This document shows, piece after piece, positions 48,750 to 62,849 of a stretch of 64,000 nucleotides of DNA. The DNA is from Eledone cirrhosa (Eukaryota), in contig OZ024753.1 of the NCBI GenBank assembly GCA_964016885.1, positions 21,018,001 to 21,082,000 on the forward strand, written 5' to 3'. The translations under genes and the position numbers were made by a program. The stretch's first letter is position 1; each line of letters begins with the position of its first letter. The notes under the pieces are model-generated. The model did no database searches and was not told the DNA's origin. It was given only the letters and a program-made list of their open reading frames with translations.

Positions 48750-49269
48750 TTGAAATATAATAAGTGAATGTAATAGATAAAATCCATGGGGCTGAAAATC
48801 AAAGACCCGAGGGCGACCGCCATCCAGCATCTTCTACCTTTGCCGGTCGCCCTCGAGTGACGTGGCTAAAGCTTACAGTGTGCTACTACCGGTCAAATAA
48901 AGGAAAATAGCACCACGAACTACAAAAACAAAGACAGTTGAACTGCTTTACGTTGAGTACTCTCTATATTATTACATTGAGATTGACCATATGGAATTGA
49001 CCAGCTCTATCCAGTGGTGAACCTCAAACCTGAATAAATATATATATATATATATAAAACAATTGAGTAGATAGACAATGGTATGATAATACCATTATAA
49101 ACACTGTGGCTTCAAAAAGTAATCCTTTTGATACCAAACCACCAGATACCAGCTCTATTTCTGTAAAACAGAACTGTTTGCTTTAAAATGTTTATATTTA
49201 TCTAAAAGAATCCATCATAATTTCATGTTAGATGTTGTTTCAAACTGCAGCTTAATAATTGCTTTTATT

Positions 49270-49440
49270 TTTTGACACAAGGCCACCATTTATCCCAGTG
49301 CATTACTGGTGCTTTATTTTATTGACCCCGTAAGGATGAAAGTTAACCTCAGTGGGATTTGAACTCAGACTGTAAAGAGGTGTAACTCTATACTGCAAAG
49401 CATCGTGCCTGACCTTCTACCGATACTGCCAATCCACCAA
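49270..49440 (-). mobile_element. tRNA-derived SINE
   Basis: Reverse complement of the 13047 family. Confidence 0.88.
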
Positions 49441-49564
49441 TCCACTGCAGCTTAATAATGACAGTTAATTTTTATGAAATCCCTACAAATACTTGATTAT
49501 TTTCAAATTTATTTGAACATTATAAATAGGCTCATTCATTGGAAATAAGGTAATGAAAGGGCTA

Positions 49565-49705
49565 GGTATGAATTGGCAGAACTATTAAAATGTTGCTTTG
49601 CGGTATTTCTTCCAACTCTCCACTCTCTGATTTCAAATTACACCATGGTCATCTTTGCCTTTCATCCATTTAAGGTCAATAAAAAAAGTACCAGTCCAGT
49701 ACTAG
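49565..49705 (+). mobile_element. Old tRNA-derived SINE
   Basis: gaattggcagaa..tttcaaat..ctttgcctttcatcc..aagtaccag. Confidence 0.7.
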
Positions 49706-50394
49706 GCCGATTCTTCCTCTATATCTCTTTCTCACTTCCTTACCTCTCACACTCACTATCCTTCTCTAGAAGAAATCTGCTGTATTCAGACCTGGAGAGA
49801 AGATGGGCTCCACCAGGTTTTAAAATGTCCAAGAAATGCTGTATGTCAATATGGCTCCCCTATGACTCCCTTAAAAGTTATAGATCCATACATACACTGA
49901 AAAGGTTAACAGAAGATATGGCCAGCAATGTTACACTACTAAAACACCAAAACCCAGTTTTTGGTGACGTAATGACAATGTTTGGTGATGTAATGATAGA
50001 AACAATTTTGCCCCCATCAGTGTTTTTTTAAAGCACATTTCCAATAAGGATTTTTGCAGCCTTTTGGTTGTAATCTCATATCTTGGTGGAATTTAATGTT
50101 AAGAAATATTCTATGATGACAACCCAGGAGTTATCATTTCTTCTTTAAATCCAGAAATGTCAAATGAAAGCTTTTTAAAATAACCCAGTGACTGACATCT
50201 CTTTTAGCAAGTGATACAGCATAAACCGAGTAGTTGACATTTATTGACCAGATCGAAGCAGTTTATGATGACTATGAAGAGAAAGTTAAATGTAGTGATA
50301 AGTGAAAATATTAGAGTACATAAATTGGCAGAATATTTAGATTGTTGGATAAAATGCTTTGCTGTATGTATTCTAAAAAATGTCTAAAATCTGT

Positions 50395-50545
50395 CTCAAG
50401 CTCAATGGCTTATCAGGTCAATACTTATCCTGATTTCCTTGGCGTAAAGCAACTGAGAGCACAAGACTCCTCCCTAGACTGGACGCCAATCTATCACAGG
50501 GTTAAACTCCCAGCTATTGCTGGTATTCATTTTCAGCTGAGTATT
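50395..50545 (-). mobile_element. Old SINE 3' region
   Basis: Minus strand actcagctgaaaatgaataccagc..ccctgtgatagattggcgtccagtctaggg, continuing from the CORE-like segment. Confidence 0.55.
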
Positions 50546-52679
50546 CTTCATTAATTAATTAAAATATCATGTATTTCATTAGAAATATGATCAGAAAACA
50601 ATGACGAGCTGATTAACATTATTGTTTGGCTAAGCAATCAAGAAAGACAACTCTAAATATGATGAAGCTTATTGCAACAAACCAAAAGTTACGAATTTCT
50701 TTTCTATGAGCAAACAAAGTCTGGTGAAAAGCTATTAAAACAAAATGAGTTGATACTTTTTCTAGGTCAAAGTAATTATAGTTAGTTTCCTTGTTTAGGC
50801 TATAAATCAGCATCCATGACAATTTACTAACCATCACCATGATCAGTGATTCAACCTCTTGTGTCTATTATCTATGCAGCTATTTCCCTTAGAACCATTC
50901 TAAATCAACAAGAAGAATTCTGAATGTCGTTCATTGGCAATTAAATTTGTAATAGTTGAATGCTTTCGCTATGACTATAATTCTCACTCTTGTGACATTT
51001 TCCATTACAGTGTGTCACACACAATATAATTTATTTGAGACTGTATTGAAAACCAATGCAAAACACACAATCAATACAGTTATATCTATGGAAATTAATT
51101 GTCTACTATAGATTTAATGGCAAAACTATTAGTTTTAGTACTATTATTATTATCATCATCATCATCAGTAGTAGTGGTGGTGGTGGTGGTGGTAGTAGTA
51201 GTAAAATTATTATTATATATTTTTTGTTTTATTTTTGGTTGTTTACTCTAAAAATCATCTACCAAAGCATATTGCAGTTTATGGAGCATTAATTAGTTTA
51301 ACGATCTGTGCCCTATCATCCTCAAGAGCCCTTAACCTCTCTTCCAATATTATTGGACATTTTCATCCTTTGGTTCAAGAATTCTCGACAGAACTCTGGA
51401 CCACTCCAGCCTAACAAAACATTATTCATTTATCCACTGTTATATGTTGCGTTTAATATTAGAGACTATGTGTCTGGCGCCTATTTAAAGACAGGTGGAC
51501 TTATAAACTAGGAGTATAATATTTCTTTTCTGAGACAGAATCTCGTACTGTTATGTTGATTCTTAACACTTAACATCCAGTAATGATTTTGCTAAAAGAA
51601 AGATAAATCTAAAATTCAAAAACCAACATTAATTGTCATCTTTCTCATTGAATTACGTTCTCTCTGTCTTGTCCTTCCCCCTTCGCAGTAATATTTTGTA
51701 TTTTAGAGGCTTAATTGATTTGCTTGGGGGAATAATTCAGGTAGTTGTATTGAAAACAATAAGGTTTAATAGAATGTTGTCATGGTGCTGGTTTTATACT
51801 TTTCAAGAATGTCTTGCTAATGTGATTTGATATGGTACAGGACATTAAAACTTAATACACTATTGTCATTTATATAATAGGAAAAGTTAGTTATTATTTA
51901 AACAGTAGGTTGACTTAAGAAACATTGGAAAAATTTGCAGTTTGAAATATGTGTCCCAATGCAATCATAATAAGGAATAATTGAGAAAATGGGTAAACTA
52001 TTCCTTGATACCTCTGTCCACTTTTTCCATCTCCTGAGTCACTTTACTCGATTTCCTCAACTATTATTTATAATGACCAACGTTATTATAGTCATTTACA
52101 ATGGGATGTATACATTTCAATATTAATGGTCGCAATGAGAGGAGTAGCAGACAGTTGATATTAATTATTCATCATTAGCATATATAGTAATACTAACTAA
52201 GGTTCCTTCCTTATCTCGATACTGTCATATCGAATGAATAGAAGTAAACATAGACACACCTGGTCCAAATACAGAGGACCTGAACTGCTACTGTCATTGC
52301 CTCCCAGAGTGCGCCTGAAAATACTAGTGACCCTGGGTGCCTGTACTGGATTTTCAATAGCAACCTTTGCTAAGTGTGTTTATGGCAGATTAATTTTTAG
52401 TGTGGAACTATCAATAGCTGTTTAAGTCATAAGTCCTTCTTCCCTCCAGCTTCCTTCATTCAAAGTGAATAAGCCGGGAAGTTTGAGCTCGAAGATTATC
52501 AAACTTATTCAACAAACTTGTGTATAAGAATAGCAAACTTACTGCATTAGCACTCAAGAACAAACACAGAACAATTGAGCAAGTCATCGTAATTATTGAA
52601 GAAATTATAACCGAGTGAACATATTCAGGTACTGTTCAAGCACCCTGTATGTCACCGTTTGTAAAGCCCTTCGAATGAC

Positions 52680-53109
52680 TGAAGCAACTCAATAAAACCA
52701 TCCCGCTTTCCCCCTATAATGCAAGAAAACATACCATAATAAGTCAGATAAACAATCAGAAGTGTTGGCCCTGAAGATGGCTTTGTAACGTTCACTGTTG
52801 CAAAGTAACAATAATGGGGGAGAAGTTACATCTTCTTAATTCATGTTAATCTTCCCACGATCCGACACCTCGAAATATTGACAAAATAAACTCTACTCTC
52901 AAAGGCGGCATGTTACAATTAACATGCCGGGTGTAGAGAATATTCATCAACATATGATTTGGGTTTTATTCTTCGGACTAATCTCATGGTAAGCCAACTT
53001 CCAGGTCATTGATCATCACACTTTTTTGTAACTTATCACCGATTCCTGCAGTTGACCTTAATGTGACCTAAGCGTGTGCACGTGTTCAGAATCCATATCA
53101 GTGGCTGTG

Positions 53110-53140
<31 letters not shown>

Positions 53141-53549
53141 TATACAGAGACATCTGTTCAGTCGTCAACCAAAATTAGATTGTCGTCTGTTTTGTTTGAA
53201 ATTTCTTTACGTATATTTCTAATAAGTTGCCTTGTTTTAGAAGACTGAGTTGGGGGAGGAGGAAGGAGAGTAGTGGGAGGGTGGGTTTAACATACAGTAG
53301 TAGTATCTCCTCTTCCCCCTCTCTCACTGAAACATTTTCTCTTTCCTCCTCCATTGTAAAGATGTCCCCAGGAGGTCCATTATTGATTTTTATTGAAATC
53401 CAATTAGCCAGTGCTGTTTCGGAATATTAGCTTAACATGTGTGTCAAGTTTCATCAGGATTGGATTATTGGTGTAGGCGCCAATTGGTTATACACAGATG
53501 CACAGACAGACAGAAATTGCCATTTATATAGCAGATATACTAGTATAGA
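52680..53549 (-). mobile_element. Decayed Helitron-like element (5' end retained)
   Basis: Minus strand A|TCTATACTAGTATATCTGCTATATAAAT..(gtct)n..ccaatcctgatgaaact; gtgttggccctgaagatggctttgtaacgttcact at 52762 matches 453-490. No clear 3' end. Confidence 0.5.
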
Positions 53550-54591
53550 TTACTGTCGCACTATATGGACCAAAAAGAGGAACACTAAAATGTTTTGTAG
53601 ACAGATTTTTATTCATGAATGATATCTTTTAGCCGCCAGTTTTCTGGAAGCTAGTGTAAATGCCAAAGTTATTAGACACTAGAGTTGTTTCCCATTTCTC
53701 CCGTTGCATTATGGGAATCACTGGTGCAGTCAACAATCGTAACCTTTTGCTGCCTACTCTACACTGGTATCTCCCTAACGTTGTTAGAACATCATGTTGT
53801 CCAGAAATAATAATTCTAACGTGATCAGGTGATGCGAGTGATTGTTTTTGTAGCAGGCTTTCACTATATTGGATGCTGTTGAACATTCAAATGAGCTTCA
53901 GTGTCATGTATGTGTATATATGTTAAACAATGAAAACAAAAGGTGAAGTTTAGTGTTTAATCAGTTCATGGTGGTATATAAATTGATATGATGATAATGA
54001 CATAATTTGAGTTATTATTCTTTGTGGTACCTACATAGAGCCAAGTGAATTGTGCTTTTAAGAGTTATGTACATTGATTATGGCTAGATTTCTTTGCTAA
54101 TAACAAAATAGGAACCAATAATCTCCCAAATAATAAAGTAATACCACTCTGCTTATTCGATTATCTGTATTCAAATTATATTTACCGAATATAGACTATA
54201 CAGTAAATAGAGTGTCAAATTAGAAAGCCAATGAACTACTCAGCACTTATATATTTCTTGTGTTGATTGATTCATTTCAGAAATATAGAAATGTAATATA
54301 ATGATTAAATAATAATAATACACAAATAGTTCAATATTAATTCATAAATAAACAAGCCAACCATTCAAGTGCCCCCCCCCCCCCCCTCACCTACCCCCAC
54401 ACTTCATTGAAGATGACCTTATACAGGAAAAATCAAACTCTGTCTATTCATTAACTAAGAAAATCAATAACAATTGAAATAGAAAATTAATTATGTTTGA
54501 CACAAGTCAGTCAACAAGCTGAGTATTGTAATGCATAATATATTATATATATTTTTCCTCTTTAAAGTAAATGAGTTCTTTTAGTTATATG

Positions 54592-55010
54592 TGAGGGTAG
54601 ACTAAAAAGTTCATAAGCTGACTATGATGGTGTGATGCTAGACCTGTGAAATCTTGCCAACATTAATTTCAACTCTTCTTATTAATAACTGCATTTTTTC
54701 TTTCCAAGTAAACTGGCATCTGACTGTTCAAAGAAGACTTCAAATGTAACTAGTAGCGACTTGACCACATACAGCAAAATCATCATTTATATGAGTGTCA
54801 GCTAAAAAGTCCATAGACTGACTATGAAGGAGTAATGCTAGAGCTGTATGCATAAATTTCAACTCTTATTAATAACAGCGCTGTTTCTTTTAAGGAACTA
54901 TGTTGAAAAATAAACCCCATTTGGTCATTCCATGACAGTGTCTAGGTCAACCTAAGAACTTCTGAGCCTATGAACCTTTCAGCCCATGAACTTTTCAGTT
55001 GACCCTTGTA
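54592..55010. mobile_element. Mariner-type MITE with a duplicated end segment (related end at 57410-57490)
   Basis: gagggtagactaaaaagttcata..ctgactatg versus atgaacttttcagttgacccttg-TA; the end motif is repeated at about 54795. Confidence 0.65.
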
Positions 55011-55584
55011 TCATGTTAGTGGTATTCATGTATCAACTTTTTTAATATAGATGATTCTACTAGTAGAAAAAGGGTTTTTACTGAACTACTTGGCTGCCGA
55101 CCTCACCCTACTTTGATAAACACTTTTTCTCTTAACGTTATACTTTATTCTTTACTGATGAAAGATTAACTTCCAATAGGTCTAGACTTTCCTTTTCCAA
55201 CAAGCATGAAATTAATAATATTTTGTCTTATTGTATCTCTGTGTTTGCCTTTTTAATTCATAAATTATATATAGATACATATCAAAATGTTATTTGTCTC
55301 AAATCTTAGAAACTTCAATGAAAAGATGAAATATGAAAATAAAATTCAACTCAATTAAACATATTAGACTTAGGCCAAAATCTGAATTGGGCAGGGGATA
55401 TAAGCTAGACCAACTAAGATAAGTCAGTGTTACCTGATATAGTGTCCCAACCATAATTTCTGGATATTAACAATTAATTATTTCAGTATATTATGTGTTA
55501 TCATGTGTGTATATATATATATCTGTTTGTGTGTGTATTGGAAAATGTGTGAGATCCTTGGTACAGTTAGATATGTTTGGAAAT

Positions 55585-56530
55585 AAGGAAAAGAATGACT
55601 CCACTTATAGTTGGTATTCTATAGCAACTTCAGTTTTTGATTTTACAATTTTATAATTTTATAATTTTGCTATGTAAATCTAATAAGTTAACTTCGGTGG
55701 AAAGTTTTATAAAAAATCCTGGTTAACTTTCTGAAGAACTTTCTTGCCTTCGTCGGTGGAGATTGTCAAACTGATCTAAAGTTGCAATGTGTTGCTGTAT
55801 ATATAAGGAATTTGGGTGTCTGGGAAAGTGTTAATGAGAATAAAAAATGAAGGAGTATTGATGAAAATATAAGTAAATAAATACAAAAAATAAAAAGAGA
55901 AAAATCAAAATTGAGAGTGGAGTTGGAAGGTGTTGAGGGTGGGAAAGACGAATGTGATGGTCAGATTTACTCCCTAAAACATCTTTGGGGAAGAAATAAG
56001 ATAAAAATCAAAGTATAAAACAAAGTTGAGTGTTTAAATTTTTGTTGAGAGAGCAGTTTATTGTTGTTATTGCTTTGGAAGGGGTTGTAAAAATGAAACA
56101 AAAAGTACACCAAGAAACAATTCTAGTCAGTTTTGAGGTAACAAGCATGCCACACAGTCTAGGAATTGAAGCTGTAGAATTCTGGATTACAAAATACCCA
56201 GATTATATTTCAGAGAGATTCCCAAAAGAGTTTATTTTGGAAGGACTGAAATTAGTATTGGAGAACAACCACTTCCTCTTTTGTTCTCATCATAGACACA
56301 GCCAAATTCCTTATATATACAGCAACACATTGCAACTTTAGATCAGTTTGACAATCTCCACCAACGAAGGCAAGAAAGTTCTTCAGAAGGTTAACCAGGA
56401 TTTTTTATAAAACTTTCCACCGAAGTTAACTTATTAGATTTACATAGCAAAATTATAAAATTATAAAATTGTAAAATTAAAAAATGAAATTGTTATAGAA
56501 TACCAACTACAAATAAAGTCATTCTTTTAC
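55585..56530. mobile_element. Second PLE family relic: ~250 bp inverted arms around an RT fragment
   Basis: 55590-55820 is the reverse complement of 56295-56525; inner 56095-56285 reads ILVSFEVTS..PHSLGIEAVEFWITKYP..RFPKEFILEGLKLVLENNHF (PLE RT motif A region). Confidence 0.8.
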
Positions 56531-58489
56531 TTTTTTCATATATACATGAAAATGATGATGATGATGTTTAATGTAATTCTCTGATAGAACCAGAGTGGTG
56601 TGATGACAGTGTTGGCCTTTTAAATTATTGGTACAGCCCCATCCAACAAGTTTTGAAACAGTTTCAGTCTGCCAAATTTCACATTCAAAGCTGCTCCCTC
56701 ACTAGGACTGAACCCAGAATCTGATGATAGTGAATTGAACCATTTCCCCATGCTGTTTCTTCATTGCATAATGTAATTAAATGGAATATTTATACTCGCT
56801 GATCTATAAAGTTTTCCTCATGAATGGTGCCGATTGCCTTCTGAAAAAGGTTTTGCATCCTTGAACTATATCAATTTATCTTAATTTGATAAACAATGCT
56901 AATTAAAAATATGAAATCAATTAAAGTTACCAAGATGCCGAAAGTATCAGAATAAAGTTAAAATGGAGGTAGAATTCCATTAAATAGCTATATAAATGGA
57001 TAGTGCTGAAGGGTATTATAATTAATTACAAAGATGTCTTATTAACTGTTACAATGCAAAAGGTTGATGGAATTAGTGAGACAAAATTGTTATGGTATTA
57101 AGCTCTTTGTTTTTTTTTAATTCCTTCAGTTATTTAACTTTACAGAGCTCATAAATTATATAACAAATTAGAATTTGTAAATTATATAACTATTTCCACA
57201 TACATATTGTATAAATTAGAGTTGTTAGAGCAGACTGCAAAATGCGTTATAGTATTTGTGTGAACTCTTTGCTCCTTGATTTTTAATCTCATCGGTCCTG
57301 AGCAATAAATTATTAAATTATTAAAGTATCACTAAATATATCTTGTAGTATTTGTTCTGATTCATTGCACCTTGATTTCAAATCTTGTCATGGTCAAAGA
57401 AGAGCTGAAATTAATTCATGCAAGATTTTATAGCTCTAGCATCACTCCTTTATAGTCAGCCTATGAACTTTTCAGCCTACCACCTTATATGTTAATTTCA
57501 TGAGCAGGCTTGTTCGAACAACTGGAACACTCATCATCGGAACCGATCAAGATCCATTCCATTATGCTTCTTATAGAATTGGAAGGAGTTAGAAACTGAA
57601 CCTCCAGTGGTCAGAAAGTCTCAGGGGAGCTGGATAGCAGAAGGCCTTCAGTGACCCCCACCCACACCTCTCAAGCAAGTGTTTCAGCTCTTAACTTCTT
57701 ACACTCTAAGAAGAGGCTGGGCCATATCCAGGTCATGACTCCTGGGTGCCCTTCTGCTGACATTTAGCTATTTAGATATTGGAGACTTGTGTATGTAAAC
57801 CATATGGAGGAAATTTTGTTGGCAGGGTCTACCTGGAACTCCTCTGTGTTGCTTCTGCTTCTAAACTGCAGAGGCAATGGAAAGGAGTTCTAGCTAGATG
57901 TTGTCAACAAAATCTCCATATGGTTTACATACATAATATTGTGATAGAAATATCACATCTTATGTTAGCCCTGCTAGTGTTGAAAAATGAATGTTAAACG
58001 ATGATGAAAGAAATAATAGTAGGAATTACAAAAATTATGATGGGAAAGAATATTTCCTCTGAAGCACACCATACTATGAAAGTAGCCATGAAGATAGTCC
58101 ATTCGCTATTTGAATGAAGAAATATAATGGATATTAATGGGCTTTTTATTTGCAACAGAAATCCCAAATCCTCAGTTTAGGCTTGAATTTAGTCTCCATT
58201 CTTCACATTTACTTAATTTCTATTAATATTAATCTTCCGACAAGCACATGAAATGCTAAATTCTTTTCAGATATTTAGTGTATGAATTCTTCTACCTTTT
58301 ATATTCAAATAATTAATCCGTTCTATATATATACATATATATATATATGTATATATATACATTCTAGTTCTTATAATATAATAGCATTCTTATTATTATC
58401 CTTTCCTATTCTTATTCCTATAAGCTCACATTCATATTCTTAGAATATATTCTTGTTGCTAAATATTTGTATTCTTATACATTCCTATT

Positions 58490-60290
58490 CTGGAAATGTC
58501 ATTATGAGAGACTGATGAATGTGGAGAACGATTGGGAGAGAGAGAAATTACCCTTAGTAGATCTGACAGAGGGACCAGCTATTGAGATTGACGAATATAG
58601 GGTCCAAGGGGCGATTAAGGAAATGAAAAATGGTAAGGCTGCCGAACCATCAGGAATAGTTGCTGAGATGCTGAAGACATCAGGGGACGTAGGCACTAAA
58701 CTGGTTGCATGCATCATCAATCAGGCTATATATGGTGGTGTCATACCCAAAGACTGGTGCAGCAGTATTCTCATAAATTGCTACAAAGGTAAAGGGGATG
58801 CTTTGGAGAGGAGCAATTATAGGGGTATAAAACTGATGGATCAGGTTATGAAAGTGGCAGAAAGGATATTAGCACAACTAATTAGAGAAAGGGTCAAACT
58901 AGATGAGATGCAGTTTGGTTTTGTGTCTGGGAAGAGTACAACAGATGCCCTCTTCTTGGTGAGACAATTGCAAGAGAGGTTCTTAGAGAAAAATAAGCCA
59001 CTATACTTAGCCTTTGTTGACCTAGAGAAGGCCTTTGATAGGGTACCCCGATCTGTCATCTGGTGGTCCCTAAGGAAGCTAGGTGTTGAGGAATGGCTTG
59101 TGAAGACAGTGCAAACTTTGTACAGAGGTACTCTCAGTGAAGTCAGGTTAGGAATGGAGTTTAGTGAGGAATTCCAGATACAAGTAGGAGTACATCAAGG
59201 TTCGGTCCTCAGCGCACTCTTGTTCATTATAGTCCTCCAAGCCATAACAGAGGAGTTTAAGACTGGCTGTCCATGGGAATTTCTCTATGCTGACGATCTG
59301 GTTCTTATAGCAGAATCAGTAGAGGAGCTAGAGAATAAATTCTGGCTATGGAAACAGCAGTTGGAAGCAAGAGGACTGAGAGTGAACCTAGCTAAGACAA
59401 AAGTGTTGATGAGTAGAAAAGAGGACAAAACTCTGATTCCATCAGGGAAATGGCCATGTTCGATATGCAGAAAAGGAACTGGCATAAATTCTATAAAATG
59501 CACACAATGCAGATCCTGGGTACACAAGAGATGTAGCGGGATAGCAGGCAAACTAACAGGTAGGGAGAAATATGTATGCAGTAGATGTACAGGGAAATTA
59601 GACAGTAGAAGTCACATTGATAGACACATTTTTCAAATGCAGGAGGGCGCTATAGAAGTGATGGATAACTTCCGGCACCTAGGAGATCAAATTAGCATGG
59701 GAGGAGGGTGTTCCGAGGCCATAGTATCTAGAATAAGGATGGGTTGGAAGAAGTTTAGGGAGCTGCTTCCTCTGCTGACGAAGAAGGGTTTCTCCCTGCG
59801 TACGAAAGGCCGGTTGTATGATGCCTGTGTGAGGAGCGTGATGCTGCATGGTAGTGAGACATGGGCAGCAACTGCAGAGGATATGCAACGGCTGGAGAGA
59901 AATGATACAAGCATGCTCCGTTGGATGTGCAGTGTAAATGTGCGTGAACGACCCAGCATGAATGTGTTGAGAGAGAAACTGTGTCTGAGAGGGATAGAAT
60001 GTAGTGTACGGGAGAGGAGGCTGAGGTGGTATGGACATGTGATGCGCATGGAGGATGACCGATGGGTGAAGAAGTGCCAGGAAATGCCAGTTGAAGGAAG
60101 ACGCAGTAGAGGTAGACGATGAAAAACATGGGCGGAGGTGGTGAGAGTAAACCTCAGATCACTGAAGCTCACGGTGGAGATGATGAATGACCGTGACAAG
60201 TGGAGAGATGCTGTGCTGAATAAGACCTGTCCCACCCTTGCAAGCAGGGAAAAGCGGACGTAAAATGATGATGATGATGATGATGATGAT
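58490..60290 (+). pseudogene. 5'-truncated, nearly open RTE LINE (RT plus PHD-like finger)
   Basis: About 540 aa open (NYRGIKL, DLEKAFD, GVHQG, YADD, C4HC3 finger, RLRWYGH); stop in GR(R*)KTW; short tail with (ATG)n; no APE domain. Confidence 0.95.
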
Positions 60291-60304
60291 TCATTATTAT
60301 ATCA

Positions 60305-62450
60305 TTATTATTATCATTGTGTCATTTCGCTTCGCTCAGTTCTGTTTCTCTATTGACAAAATGAAGGCCTTGAACCTAGAGCAATAGATATTATCATTGT
60401 AGAGAGAGAACTCATCTGAGAATGTCATCGTTAAATGTTTTTACTATCTGTAAAAGACCTTCCAGCTCGTCATTGTCTTTGCAATATAGCTTTAAATCAT
60501 CCATATAAAATAGATGGCTTTTTTTCTTGTTGTCAATTTTGTCACCGTACCCTGTTTGGATGTAAGCTATGCAAAAAAGTAAGGGTGAAATGCCACAGTT
60601 GATGTTTATATTCGTAGAACTTAGTACTCCATTGGAATCAAATAATTGGAGATTTGTGTTCCACAATGACATATTGTGTTTCAGGAAGTTTGAAATCACA
60701 GGTGAGATTTTGAAGATGTCCAGCGATTTCAGAATCCATGAGTGTGGTATGTTGTCAAATGCTTTTTTGTAGTTGATCCATGCAGAACTGAGATTTCTGT
60801 ATTTATTATGACAGTTCTCAAGGATCATACGATTAATCAAGAGTTGATCTTTACAACCATATGAACCTCGTCAGCACCCTTTTTGTTCAATGGGGAAAAG
60901 ATTATTCTCTTACAAAAACATGTATGCTTTCTCTGTGAGAATAGAGGTTAATAGCTTATAAATAGTGGACATGCAAGTAATGGGCTGATAGTTTTTTTTA
61001 TCCTTTGTTTCATTGTTCTTTGGGAGAAAGTAGGTAATGCCACTTGCTATCCAGTCAGGCGTAATTTTTTTTGATCTTTCATAATTCCGTCGAACAGCTT
61101 GACTAATCTATTGTGAGTGCACGGGAGTGAGAAAAGCCCAAAATTTGGCAGCCTGTCTCTAATAGGAGATTTTCTCCTTCCCTATTTCTCTATAAAATGA
61201 CTTGGCATTGGATGAGAACAACTTATTTTGCCTGTAGAAGTTGTTTCGTTTCTCAAATCTACAAATTCTTTGGGCTTTTACTTGGACTTTTTGTTTCAGA
61301 GTTTTCTTTGTTGATATTAGTACTTCTCTAGAAGAAAGTCTATATTTTCTCTTTAGCTTTCTTCCCTTCCTGAATCTTACAACATTTCCAGTGATTAGCT
61401 CATTCAGTAAAGATATTAGGTCAATCTCCTTTTCAATTCTACTCCTCAAAATTGGTTTACTTCTCAAGTTAGACTTTCTTTGTTATTTTTGGTGGTAAAC
61501 AACTTGCTTCAATTACTCTAGCAGATGCATAAATGATTTCATTTAACTCAGTAAGATCAGGTTCTAGTTCTTCTATGATTTATTTTGTTACAGAGTTACC
61601 AACCATTATTTGTTTTTTATTTTGGTTTGTATTTGGGAGTTTTTGAAGTGGTTCTCTATCATTTATACTAGTATGTCTTACAACTGCAAGCTCATTCAGT
61701 ATATTCTGTTTCAATTCCTTCAAAGACTCTCTGTGTTCCTCAGTTTGGTCTTCAAGTACTGTTTCTATACCCCATTCCTGGCTATTTTCAGCAGGTTCAA
61801 TAGAACTTCTCATTTCTATAAACCTATTTAAGATTTGGTCAGATGGTGGTCTTTCGGTAAAGACTTGTGACTAGTTACTATCTCCAGGAGATTCTTCAGT
61901 TCTTTCATGACTTATATTTATGTCATTCTCCACAACATGCTTGATCACAGTGCGTTCAGTATCTGTGAGTCTATTATTTCTGAAGATATTCCTCCTAACA
62001 TTTGCTAACTTATTTTCATCCAGATAACGTCTGCTACCATGATTCCGTGTTTTCCAAATTTTGTAAGAGTTTGTAGTGTGTCTGTCCTGTGATGGCTTAC
62101 CTAATGCATAATAATATGCATATATTACTTCTTTATACTCTTCTTGGGTCCATTTCATCCTTTTACATTTTTCTTTTGGGGCTGGATTGGGTGGGGGAAC
62201 TGGGGGGAGGGGGCTCGAGTTGGGGCAATCCCCGTGCAAGTGACCATCCAGGTCCATAATTGGAGAAGAGTTTATGCTAGCGGAAGACTTTTTGATCTCA
62301 GGTTGGCACCTTCCTGAGGGACACACTTCCTGATTAACCATAGGACAAGTGATTTGATGTTCTGTATTATGTTTTTCTTCCCACAATTCAAGCTTGGATT
62401 ATGGAAGGAATTGGAAGTCTATGGAATGTTGCCTGGCTCTTTGTGTAGTG
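60305..62450 (-). pseudogene. Dong/R4-clade LINE: N-terminus and RT fused directly to the 3' UTR
   Basis: RMKWTQEE..AYY..LANVRRNI; FYREIG; YKKAFDNIPHSWI; HLFYMDDLKLY; then the UTR shared with 11590-11700. Confidence 0.88.
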
Positions 62451-62849
62451 CATTGGTTGGCCAGCAGTGAAATCATTGTTACCATTATAACAAGAGTATA
62501 GTTATAGCCATTGCTGTTGTTGATTGAGGTGATGTGGTTATGGTTGCAACTGTAAGAGGTGTAAGCGAATTATTATTATTATTGGCTGCCAGACAGCAAA
62601 AGTGATAACAGCGACAACACCAACAAGAATGACAACAACAACAAAGGCAACAACAAACCACCAACAACAACAAGAATGACAACAACACCAACAACAATAT
62701 AGTCAATGAAAAACAGCAAAACAGCATCAACAAGCTGTATGATTTTAACCTTACAGAGAAAAAGTAATGTTTGGCCCATGCAGAAAAATTTATGACAAGA
62801 GAGAAAAGCTAGGCCAATTTAAACGTCCCGGCAAAGGTAATGGCAACAA

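Noticed and set aside
52325-52650. Possible Tc1-like relic ending caccctgTA
   Set aside because: The left TIR match is too weak and no clear transposase motif was found.
53629-53886. 85-aa ORF in non-repetitive sequence, possible host exon
   Set aside because: No recognisable homology or convincing splice pair; needs RNA-seq or BLASTX.
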